NCBI GenBank assembly: GCA_016432365.1
Contig: CP066686.1
Location: 554,319 to 618,318, forward strand
Direction of reading: 5' to 3'
From: Candidatus Woesebacteria bacterium
GTDB taxonomy: Bacteria; Patescibacteriota; Microgenomatia; UBA8517
Length of the DNA: 64,000 bases
Below, in pieces: positions 37,255-45,948 of this stretch (position 1 is the first letter of the stretch; each line of letters starts with the position of its first letter). Made by a program: the position numbers and the translations under genes. The notes beneath the pieces were generated by a model. The model saw nothing but the letters and a program-made list of their open reading frames with translations. It had not been told where the DNA came from and did no database searches.

Positions 37255-38295
37255 ATGAATAAAAAAATTAGAGTATTGGTATTAATGGGAGGTAAGTCGT
37301 CGGAGCATGATGTTTCTATTGCATCCGGTACCGAAATCTTAAAAAATCTTGATACAAAAAAATATAATGTTTTGCCTGTTATCATTTCCAAAGACGGAAC
37401 AAAATGGATACTTACTGACTCTAAATCACTTCTTAAGCGTAAAAATATTATTTCAAAAGAAGTAACCGACAAAGATATTGTTTTACGGAGTTCAAAATAT
37501 ATTGAAGGTGTAGGTAACGCGTCAATAAAATCTGTGGATGTTGTTTTTATCGCAATGCATGGAAAACATGGTGAAGATGGAAATGTTCAAGGGATGCTCG
37601 AACTCACTGGAATTCCCTATACCGGCTCCGGTGTTCTGGCTTCGGCAATTGGGATGGATAAGGAAATTTTTAGAAAACTACTAGTTCCACAAAATTTAAA
37701 AATTCCCAAGTTTGTTACATTACACGCAAATGAGAAATATCCAAATTTTAAAAAAAAGTTAGGAAGTTTTCCCTATTTTGTTAAACCAGTCAACGGAGGT
37801 TCATCGGTTGGTGCGTCTTTGGCAAGAAACCAAAAAGAACTAGATGAATCAATAAAACTCGCCTTTAATTACGATGATAGGGTGTTAGTCGATGAATATA
37901 TTAGAGGACTTGAGGTGACTTGTGCAGTTATTGGTAACGACAATCCAATCGCTTTACCTGTGGTAGAGATCAGACCATTGAAAGGTGAATTTTTTGATTA
38001 CGAGTCAAAATATACTGAAAGTGGATCAGAGGAAATAGTACCTGCAAGGATTTCCAAGGGCATATCAGAAAAAATTAAAAAAATGGCAATAGATGTCTAT
38101 AAAGCTATTGGTTGCAAGGGTTTTGGTCGGGTTGATTTTATTCTTAAAAATAACAAATATCCTGTTGTTTTGGAAATAAATACGATTCCAGGTATGACCC
38201 CAACCTCTTTACTTCCGAAGGCGGCCAAGGCAGAAGGCATTTCTTATTCCCAATTAGTTGATAAAATAATAGAGTATGCTACAGAAAAAAATTAA
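37255..38295 (+). CDS. ddl: D-alanine--D-alanine ligase
   Basis: GG.SSEH.VS..SG, HG..GEDG..QG, VKP...GSS.G, DYESKY and EINTIPG.T..SL.P motifs. Confidence 0.96.
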   Translation: MNKKIRVLVLMGGKSSEHDVSIASGTEILKNLDTKKYNVLPVIISKDGTKWILTDSKSLLKRKNIISKEVTDKDIVLRSSKYIEGVGNASIKSVDVVFIAMHGKHGEDGNVQGMLELTGIPYTGSGVLASAIGMDKEIFRKLLVPQNLKIPKFVTLHANEKYPNFKKKLGSFPYFVKPVNGGSSVGASLARNQKELDESIKLAFNYDDRVLVDEYIRGLEVTCAVIGNDNPIALPVVEIRPLKGEFFDYESKYTESGSEEIVPARISKGISEKIKKMAIDVYKAIGCKGFGRVDFILKNNKYPVVLEINTIPGMTPTSLLPKAAKAEGISYSQLVDKIIEYATEKN

Positions 38296-39427
38296 CCCAT
38301 TTATCAGGTGGTGGGTGACTCCCAAACTTCCGATTCACGATGTATTCGAATTTCCACTTTTGCAAAATAAAAGTTTATTTGCAAAGTACACATTCTTGTT
38401 TTCTCAATGGCTTATCCATCCAATAAAACGAAGATTGGCGAGATGGTATTTGAAACTATTGAAAAAATTTACCGATATTACAATAATTGCGGTGACCGGA
38501 AGTGCCGGGAAAAGTACAACTTCGCAGATGATCTTTAGTATTTTGAAAAATACGGGTAAAACTATCTCAACACTTCCGGGCCTAGATTCGGTTTTTAATA
38601 TTCCAAATACAATTCTGAGAACCCCCTGGGGTACTAAATATTTGATTCTCGAAATGTCAGTCGAATATCCCGGTGAGATGGATTATTATCTCTGGTTAGC
38701 AAGACCCGATATCGGAGTAATCACAAATATTTTTCCGACACATTTACAGTTTTTGGGAAACATAGATGGAGTGTTAAATGAAAAAGGGAAATTGGTATTG
38801 AACCTTCCGAAATCCGGAGTGGCGTTCTTAAATTCTGGAGATCAAAATTTAGTAAAATTTGGGAAAAGGATAAATAAAAAGATTGTGTGGTTTCATTCTG
38901 ACCCCGACCCAATTACCCAGAATTCATTGGTGGCGGAAAAGATAGCAACCTATCTTGGAATTAGTAAAGCGTTGGTGAGAAGTGGAATTGAAAATTATAA
39001 AAAACCCCCACACAGGTTAGATATTTTAAAATTAAAAAATGGGGCAATGGTTTTGGACGATACCTATAGCAGTAACCCGAAATCGGCGTTATCTGCGCTT
39101 CGGTATTTTAATAAAATAGCTAATGGAAAAAAGATTGCAGTTTTGGGTGACATGCTGGAGTTGGGAAAGTATGATGAGCAAGCACATCGTGAACTAGGTA
39201 TAGAAATTGCCAAATCTAATTTTGAAGTTGTGGTTGGTGTGGGGAAGTCTGTAAGGTTTTTAGTAGACGAGGTTAACAAAAAGTCTAAGAAAACAAAGAC
39301 TTATTTGTTCTCCAATACAGAGAGCTCTGCTCGGAAGGTAGAAAGTTTAGTTCAGAGAAATGTGAGCATATTGATTAAGGGATCCAGATCGATTGGTCTC
39401 GATAAGCTTGTAGCCGAACTCTTCTGA
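38276..39427 (+). CDS. murF: MurF-like ligase (short; lacks the usual N-terminal domain)
   Basis: AVTGSAGKSTT, LEM, TNI...HL, DDTY.SNP.S, VLGDMLELG and LIKGSR motifs. Confidence 0.88.
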   Translation: MLQKKINPFIRWWVTPKLPIHDVFEFPLLQNKSLFAKYTFLFSQWLIHPIKRRLARWYLKLLKKFTDITIIAVTGSAGKSTTSQMIFSILKNTGKTISTLPGLDSVFNIPNTILRTPWGTKYLILEMSVEYPGEMDYYLWLARPDIGVITNIFPTHLQFLGNIDGVLNEKGKLVLNLPKSGVAFLNSGDQNLVKFGKRINKKIVWFHSDPDPITQNSLVAEKIATYLGISKALVRSGIENYKKPPHRLDILKLKNGAMVLDDTYSSNPKSALSALRYFNKIANGKKIAVLGDMLELGKYDEQAHRELGIEIAKSNFEVVVGVGKSVRFLVDEVNKKSKKTKTYLFSNTESSARKVESLVQRNVSILIKGSRSIGLDKLVAELF

Positions 39428-39468
39428 TTGCCATACTTTTCACAGAAGTTATATAATTAAGCCACGAT

Positions 39469-40524
39469 ATGACCACACCGAACTTGTTGCCGCTTGGTTT
39501 GGGCCTAATTATCTTCTCTTTTTTGATTTCTTTTGTCCTAATAGTGCCCTATATCGGGCTTTTATATAAATTGAAGCTAACAAGACGTAGAGAAGCTCCG
39601 AAAAGTGGCAAGATACCTCTTTTTGACAAGCTCCATGACATAAAAACCGGTACACCCGTGGGAGGAGGGATTTTTATTATCTTTCTCGTCACTTTGTTCT
39701 TTGCCATTCTATTTCCCCTGTCTTCTAGACTTGGTGTGTATATAAAGACGTCATATCCGCTTAGAGAAGAACTTTTTATAATATTTTTTACTTTTTTGAG
39801 CTTTGGGCTTTTGGGTTTACTTGACGATATTCTCAAAATTTTTGCAAGACCCACAAGGGGTGTTTTGGGTCTGTGGTTTGGTCTTAGAAGGTGGCAAAAA
39901 TTTATTCTTCAGTGGATTCTGGGTTTAACCGTCGGATTTTTGATTTATCAGAATTTGGGTATACATATTGTTAACATTCCTCTTTTGCACATCGTTTTTG
40001 ATATGGGTATTTGGTATATCCCATTTGCCGCGTTTATGCTTGTGGCTTTTTCGAATGCGTTCAATGTAACCGACGGTTTGGATGGTTTGGCCTCAGGCCT
40101 TCTTATTATATGTTTGGCTGCATTTGGTGTAATAATTGCGGGACACTTGGATACACCGCTTTCACTTTTTGTAGCGCTTTGGTTAGGATCTTTATTTGCA
40201 TTTTTGTATTTTAATATTTGGCCAGCCAGAATTTTCTTGGGAGACTCAGGGGCATTGTCTTTTGGGGCGAGCCTCGCTGTTATCGGTTTACTTTCTGGGA
40301 GTATTATTGCGCTTTTGGTAATGGGTGGAATTTTTGTTATAGAACTGGCTTCTTCCGCAATTCAAATTTTTGGTTGGAAGATGTTTAATAAACCGATTTT
40401 TCCACTTGCTCCGATTCACCATGCCTTTTTGGCAATAGGTTGGGAGGAACCGAAAATAGTAATGCGAGCGTGGCTTTTGGGTATACTCCTCGCTATTTTT
40501 GGGCTCTGGTTGGCCACAATATGA
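39469..40524 (+). CDS. mraY: Phospho-MurNAc-pentapeptide transferase
   Basis: K.GTP.GGG, G..DD..K, NA.N.TDGLDGL, PARIFLGD.G and APIHH motifs. Confidence 0.95.
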   Translation: MTTPNLLPLGLGLIIFSFLISFVLIVPYIGLLYKLKLTRRREAPKSGKIPLFDKLHDIKTGTPVGGGIFIIFLVTLFFAILFPLSSRLGVYIKTSYPLREELFIIFFTFLSFGLLGLLDDILKIFARPTRGVLGLWFGLRRWQKFILQWILGLTVGFLIYQNLGIHIVNIPLLHIVFDMGIWYIPFAAFMLVAFSNAFNVTDGLDGLASGLLIICLAAFGVIIAGHLDTPLSLFVALWLGSLFAFLYFNIWPARIFLGDSGALSFGASLAVIGLLSGSIIALLVMGGIFVIELASSAIQIFGWKMFNKPIFPLAPIHHAFLAIGWEEPKIVMRAWLLGILLAIFGLWLATI

Positions 40525-41604
40525 ATGAAAAAGATTGATAAGAAGTTTTTTTGGCTGATACTTTCCTTTGTCGTCGTTGGCTTGATAGCCGTTGCCGATG
40601 TCTCGGCTCCCCAGGCGCTCAATGCCTATGGAGACAAGTTTTTTCTACTCCGTCAGCAGGTTGTATGGGCGGCCATCGGAGTGGTTGCGCTTATCATTAC
40701 GATGAATATACATTATTCGTTTTGGGAAAAAGTGGCGACTCCGTTTTTTTTTCTTTCGGTGTTTTTTCTCTTAATTGTTCTACTTCCCCATTTGAGTTTT
40801 GCGGCGTTGGGTGCCCGAAGATGGATTTCTATAGGGAGTTTCAACTTCCAACCTTCAGAACTAGTCAAACTTAGTCTTGCTATGTATTTGGCGAAAATTG
40901 CTACTAAAAATAAAGGACCCGCTGCTTATTTTGTTCCTCTGGTTATTGTAACTGGTTTAATAATGTTACAGCCCGATTTGGGTACAACTTTAGTGGTTGC
41001 AACAATCGGACTTTCACAAATATTTATTTCCGGTATGAATTTATCGTATTTTTTTGGTGCACTTGTCGCCGGGGCCTTGGGCACGATCGGTCTTATTCTA
41101 GCCTCTCCATATAGAAGAGACCGTCTACTCACTTTTTTTGAAACAACAAGCGACCCACTGGGAAAGGGTTATCATATTAGGCAAATTCTATTAGCATTGG
41201 GGTCGGGTGGAATATTTGGTGTGGGTTTAGGGGCTTCGAGGCAAAAATATTTGTTTTTACCTGAGGCCTCAACTGACTCGATTTTCGCAGTCATTGCTGA
41301 AGAGTTGGGACTGATTGGCTCGGTTGTAATTATTTTTCTGTACGCATATTTGTTTGTCAAGGGAGTTAGGATTGCGAAACGCGCACCGGACAAATTTTCA
41401 AAAATACTCGCAATCGGTATTGTTGCTTGGATTTCCGGACAAGCATTTTTAAACATTGCATCAATGGTGTCGTTCACTCCACTGACCGGTATACCATTGC
41501 CGTTTTTATCTTATGGAGGAACAAGTTTGGTGATGATATTATCGGCATGTGGAATACTTTTAAATATTTCAAAATATGAAACTTACGAAAATGCAAAGCA
41601 TTAA
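40525..41604 (+). CDS. ftsW: SEDS peptidoglycan polymerase FtsW
   Basis: GARRW, QPSE, QPDLGT, LPE..TD.IF...EELG and TGIPLPF.SYGG motifs; lies between mraY and murG. Confidence 0.93.
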   Translation: MKKIDKKFFWLILSFVVVGLIAVADVSAPQALNAYGDKFFLLRQQVVWAAIGVVALIITMNIHYSFWEKVATPFFFLSVFFLLIVLLPHLSFAALGARRWISIGSFNFQPSELVKLSLAMYLAKIATKNKGPAAYFVPLVIVTGLIMLQPDLGTTLVVATIGLSQIFISGMNLSYFFGALVAGALGTIGLILASPYRRDRLLTFFETTSDPLGKGYHIRQILLALGSGGIFGVGLGASRQKYLFLPEASTDSIFAVIAEELGLIGSVVIIFLYAYLFVKGVRIAKRAPDKFSKILAIGIVAWISGQAFLNIASMVSFTPLTGIPLPFLSYGGTSLVMILSACGILLNISKYETYENAKH

Positions 41605-42697
41605 AATTGTCTTAACAGGCGGGCATGCAGCAACAACAGGGATAGCTGTTGTTGAAGAAATAAGGAGGAGAGCAATATTGAAAGATTCCGAAATTTATTG
41701 GATTGGCTCCCTAACAGCAATAGAGGGTTCAAAAATCTCAACAATCGAATCCCGGACTTTTCCTAAAATCGGCGTCAATTTTATTCCGATTACAGCCGGA
41801 AAAATTCAGACCAAATTTACCAAACATACAATTCCATCCTTATTAAAAATTCCAGTCGGTTTTATCCAGGCCTTTTGGTTGTTACTGAAAATTAAACCCA
41901 AAGTGACACTTTCTTTTGGTGGTTATTCGTCGTTTCCTGTAATTTTTTGGTCATGGGTTTTTAGAATCCCGGTGATTTTACATGAGCAAACAGTGGTAGC
42001 CGGTCGCGCATCAATTTCTTCAGCTTTTTTTGCAACAAAAATTGCCTTGGCAAGGCTCGAAAGCCAAATATATTTTCCAAAAAATAAATCGATAGTCACG
42101 GGAAACCCGTTGATGACCAATGTCTTGAATATAAAAAACAAGACAGTTCTAGGAAAACCCCCAACAATATTGGTTATAGGCGGTTCGCGCGGTTCCAATT
42201 TTATTAATGATTTAGTTATGGAAATGGCAAAATCAATACTTGTTCATAATATTTTAATTCACATAACAGGGGAGAGAGATTTTGAAAAAGTGGAAAAGTT
42301 TAAAGATAGATTGCCACCAAATTTGAGGATTAATTATAAAATTTATTCGTCAATCAATCCTTCAGAAATGGGAAATTATTATTCTCGGACAGATTTGGTT
42401 ATTAGCAGGTCGGGTGCCAATTCCGTATCGGAAATTATTTACGCCCGTCGTCCCGCAATATTAATTCCGCTCCCCAGAACTTTTTTGGACGAACAAGTAA
42501 AAAATGCCAAGTATGCGGAAAGCTTCGGATTCTCCTCAGTTTTTTTGGAAAAAGATGCTACTCCAGAAGTGGTATTAAAAGAAATTAATCGTTTTCTGAA
42601 AGATTGGAACCAACTAGTTAGAAAAGCAGAAGAACATCTTAGTCAGGACACAGACGCTTCTAAAAAGATTGTTGATTTGGTAGCGGAGTATATATGA
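41591..42697 (+). CDS. murG: Lipid II GlcNAc transferase MurG
   Basis: TGGH, FGGY, HEQ, TGNP, GGSRG, SRSGA..E and EQ..NA motifs. Confidence 0.92.
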   Translation: MQSIKIVLTGGHAATTGIAVVEEIRRRAILKDSEIYWIGSLTAIEGSKISTIESRTFPKIGVNFIPITAGKIQTKFTKHTIPSLLKIPVGFIQAFWLLLKIKPKVTLSFGGYSSFPVIFWSWVFRIPVILHEQTVVAGRASISSAFFATKIALARLESQIYFPKNKSIVTGNPLMTNVLNIKNKTVLGKPPTILVIGGSRGSNFINDLVMEMAKSILVHNILIHITGERDFEKVEKFKDRLPPNLRINYKIYSSINPSEMGNYYSRTDLVISRSGANSVSEIIYARRPAILIPLPRTFLDEQVKNAKYAESFGFSSVFLEKDATPEVVLKEINRFLKDWNQLVRKAEEHLSQDTDASKKIVDLVAEYI

Positions 42698-43362
42698 TAA
42701 GGAGACTTCCATATTTTTTGATATTAATTTGTTTTGCTTTGGTGTTTCTCTCTCCTTTTTTCATAAAGATTAAGATAAACTGTAAAAGTCAGTTCGGTTC
42801 CTGTCCTGAAAGGGTTTTATCTAGAATTGGTGTTTTCAACGGTAAAAATTTATACATTGCGAAGAGAAATATCGGGAAAATACTATCTTCCGATTTCACA
42901 ATTTCGAATTACAGTTTGCAGTTTAAGTTGCCGAATATTTTGGAAACTTACATAGTTGTAAAAAAACCGTTTGCAGCCTTGGTCGATAGAAATACTAAGA
43001 TAGCTGCTTTGGTTGATGGTGATGGAAAAATACTGTCTTTCGGATCAGACTCAACCCTCCCAACCGTGACGACAGACTTAATCAATCAAAGTGAAGGTCA
43101 AAGGGTTACCGATAGAGATTTTTTTGCGCTTAAAATAATTGCAGGTGTTTTTCAAATGTATCAAATTAGGACTGGCGAAATGGATTCGGAGAGTTTGGTT
43201 GTTGAACTCTCACCACAAATCAGAGTAATATTTCCATTGTACGGAGATTCTGACATTTTGCTTGGAAGCTTGAGGTTGATATACTCTAAGATTAGTGAAC
43301 CTGACAATACGGGCAAATTTTCCGAAATTGACTTGCGTTTTAAAAATGCAGTATTAAGATGA
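42694..43362 (+). CDS. ftsQ: FtsQ/DivIB-like cell division protein
   Basis: N-terminal TM helix, LPN.L and C-terminal IDLRF; lies between murG and ftsA. Confidence 0.7.
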   Translation: MIRRLPYFLILICFALVFLSPFFIKIKINCKSQFGSCPERVLSRIGVFNGKNLYIAKRNIGKILSSDFTISNYSLQFKLPNILETYIVVKKPFAALVDRNTKIAALVDGDGKILSFGSDSTLPTVTTDLINQSEGQRVTDRDFFALKIIAGVFQMYQIRTGEMDSESLVVELSPQIRVIFPLYGDSDILLGSLRLIYSKISEPDNTGKFSEIDLRFKNAVLR

Positions 43363-43370
43363 ACTAAACA

Positions 43371-44636
43371 ATGACTAAAACAAGAATTGTAGCGGCAATT
43401 GAAATGGGCTCGACTAAAATAGCTACCCTAATTAGTCAGGTTGCAATTGACCCTGTTAGTACCGAGACTTCGATTAATATTGCGGGAGCAGCAACTACCG
43501 ACTCTCGTGGAATAAAAAAAGGTCAAATAGTTGACATAGAAGAGGCGACCGAAGCCACAATTGCTTCGATAGAAGCCGCCGAAAGAATGGCCGGTTATAA
43601 TTTAGATACAGCTTACGTATCTATCGGAGGAGCACATATTCATTCACAGAATTCTCATGGAGTAGTTGCAGTTTCGGATCCCAGTGGTGAAATCAGTCAA
43701 AACGATGTTGATCGTGCGATTGAGGCGGCGAGCGCAATCTCTATTCCAGCCTCGCGCGAGATTATTCATGTGTTGCCCAGAGAATTTATTGTTGATGGGG
43801 AGAGTGGTGTACGTGACCCGGTAGGAATGAGCGGTGTAAGGCTTGAGGTCGATACTCATATAATTTCTGCCGGCGTAGGTCCGATTAAAAATGCAAAAAA
43901 GGCAATTCAGGAGGCCGGTGTAAAAATTGAGGACCTCGTTTTTTCGGGGCTGGCAGCGGCAGAAGCTGTTATCTCTCCCACAGAGAAAGAACTGGGATGT
44001 GTTTTAATTGATATTGGTGGTGGAACGACTTCAATTGTGGTTTATGTTGACGGCGCACTTACTTACTCCGGTGTTATTCCGGTTGGGGCAAAGAATGTGA
44101 CAAACGATTTGGCAATCGGCCTTCGAGTCTCACTCGAAACTGCGGAGAAAATTAAACTGGCACTTTCTAAAAAACCAAGAAAAGATAAGATCGAGGAAGA
44201 CGATATGGATTTGGAAGGTTTGGGAGTAACCGAGGTTAGAAAGATTTCCAGAAAAACGCTTTTAGAGGGGATAATTAGACCCCGGTTGAATGAAATATTT
44301 ACTATGGTTAGAATTGAACTTGAAAGAGAAGGCTTATCTGTTCGTATTCCTTCGGGTGCGATTATCACCGGTGGTGGAGCGGAAACCGCTGGAGTAGTAG
44401 ATTCAGCAAAAAGAATGCTTTCCCTCCCGGTACGCATCGGGATCCCGAGAGGAGTGGGTGGTCTAATCGACGATATAATGAATCCATCCTTTGCGACATG
44501 TGTTGGACTGCTACATTATGGTGCAAAGGCGTTACCGAATGAAAACTTGACAAGTTTTGGGAAAAAGATAAGACTACCTAAGATGACCGGAATGTTTGGA
44601 AAAGTGATTGATTCGATTAAAGACCTTCTGCCCTAG
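43371..44636 (+). CDS. ftsA: Cell division protein FtsA
   Basis: G.TKI, GIKKG.IVD, AE.MAG, P.GMSG.RLE, DIGGGTT, T.D.A, AE.IK and ITGGG motifs. Confidence 0.96.
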   Translation: MTKTRIVAAIEMGSTKIATLISQVAIDPVSTETSINIAGAATTDSRGIKKGQIVDIEEATEATIASIEAAERMAGYNLDTAYVSIGGAHIHSQNSHGVVAVSDPSGEISQNDVDRAIEAASAISIPASREIIHVLPREFIVDGESGVRDPVGMSGVRLEVDTHIISAGVGPIKNAKKAIQEAGVKIEDLVFSGLAAAEAVISPTEKELGCVLIDIGGGTTSIVVYVDGALTYSGVIPVGAKNVTNDLAIGLRVSLETAEKIKLALSKKPRKDKIEEDDMDLEGLGVTEVRKISRKTLLEGIIRPRLNEIFTMVRIELEREGLSVRIPSGAIITGGGAETAGVVDSAKRMLSLPVRIGIPRGVGGLIDDIMNPSFATCVGLLHYGAKALPNENLTSFGKKIRLPKMTGMFGKVIDSIKDLLP

Positions 44637-44736
44637 TTGTATTTTATTCTTGCCCACGATACAATCCTGCTTGTTAGCATGTTATTGGTCTTTTTAAATT
44701 TTCTTTAACAATATTTCTTTTTGAAAAGAAATATTG
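44637..44736 (+). promoter_or_regulatory. ftsZ promoter (TTGTAT-17-TACAAT) and 13-bp AU-rich inverted repeat abutting the start codon
   Basis: -35 at 44637-42, -10 at 44660-65; CAATATTTCTTTT-TG-AAAAGAAATATTG at 44709-44736. Confidence 0.6.
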
Positions 44737-44738
44737 AA

Positions 44739-45899
44739 ATGTCTATGGCACTTGTTAAACCTGATTCAGCTAGAATAGCAAAAATAAAAGTAATAGGTGT
44801 TGGTGGTGGTGGTGGAAACGCGGTTTCTTCAATGATTGACGCCGGTACGATTAGTGGAGTTGAGTTTATTGCATTAAATACCGATGCGCAGGTACTTCTT
44901 CAAAATAAAGCTCCGACAAAACTCCAGATCGGAGAAAAGCTTACAAAGGGGCTTGGAGTTGGTGGAAATCCTGAAATTGGCGCACAAGCGGCAGAAGAGT
45001 CGGTAGAAAAAATAAAAGAACTTTTGATTGACAGCGATATGGTTTTTGTAACCGCAGGGATGGGTGGTGGAACCGGAACGGGAGCGGCGCCTGTTATTGC
45101 AAGGCTAGCAAAAGAAAGTGGGGCGCTCACTGTCGGAGTAGTCACTAAGCCCTTTGCCTTTGAAGGCACAAGGCGGGCTGTTGCAGCTGAGGATGGAATT
45201 GAAAAACTTAAAGAGTCAACAGACACTCTAATAGTTATTCCAAATCAACGCCTAATGGATGTTATAGATCGGAAGATGACTCTTCTTGAGGCATTTAAAG
45301 TGGTCGACTCTGTACTGGGACAGGCAGTTGGGGGGATTGCGGATATTATCACTACGGCAGGGCTAGTTAACGTGGATTTTGCTGACGTTAAAACTATCAT
45401 GAAAGACGCGGGAAGTGCGCTATTGGGTATCGGGACAGGAGCCGGTGAAAATAGAGCTCAAATGGCGGCACGTGCGGCGGTTTCTTCACCACTTCTCGAT
45501 TTGTCTATTGAGGGAGCCAGGGGAGTCCTATTCAATATTGCCGGTGGGAATGATTTGACTATGTTTGAAGTCGACGAGGCTGCGAGAATTATTTCATCTG
45601 CAGCAGACCCGGATGCCAACGTCATTTTTGGCGCGGTGATTAAAGAGGGTCTAAATGATCAGGTTAGGATTACTGTTATAGCCACAGGTTTCGATGAAAC
45701 CCGTTCCCGCCTGGCGCAAATGAGTAAACCTATTCAAAAGCCTATTGTGCAAGGGGTTGTAAGTGAACCCGTCATTAACAGAAAAGATGAACAAAACAAT
45801 AGGGATACTGAACCGCCGGAAAATTCTGACGATTCAGGTGACGACGATGTGTTTGGTGAAAAATTTGAAATCCCCGCTTTCCTCCGTAAAATCAACTAG
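44739..45899 (+). CDS. ftsZ: Cell division protein FtsZ
   Basis: [32 protein letters not shown] and C-terminal EIPAFLR motifs. Confidence 0.99.
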   Translation: MSMALVKPDSARIAKIKVIGVGGGGGNAVSSMIDAGTISGVEFIALNTDAQVLLQNKAPTKLQIGEKLTKGLGVGGNPEIGAQAAEESVEKIKELLIDSDMVFVTAGMGGGTGTGAAPVIARLAKESGALTVGVVTKPFAFEGTRRAVAAEDGIEKLKESTDTLIVIPNQRLMDVIDRKMTLLEAFKVVDSVLGQAVGGIADIITTAGLVNVDFADVKTIMKDAGSALLGIGTGAGENRAQMAARAAVSSPLLDLSIEGARGVLFNIAGGNDLTMFEVDEAARIISSAADPDANVIFGAVIKEGLNDQVRITVIATGFDETRSRLAQMSKPIQKPIVQGVVSEPVINRKDEQNNRDTEPPENSDDSGDDDVFGEKFEIPAFLRKIN

Positions 45900-45948
45900 T
45901 CAAACCCGCCTTGAATGAGTAGGGGTGAAATAGTAAAATAGCTCCATA

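Noticed and set aside
37255-38295. ddl as a VanA-type D-Ala-D-Lac ligase
   Set aside because: The omega loop reads DYESKY, typical of D-Ala-D-Ala ligases, and no van genes are nearby
45900-45948. T-box leader for ileS (and likewise glyQS)
   Set aside because: Leaders are only a few nt after the -10 box and show no T-box motif
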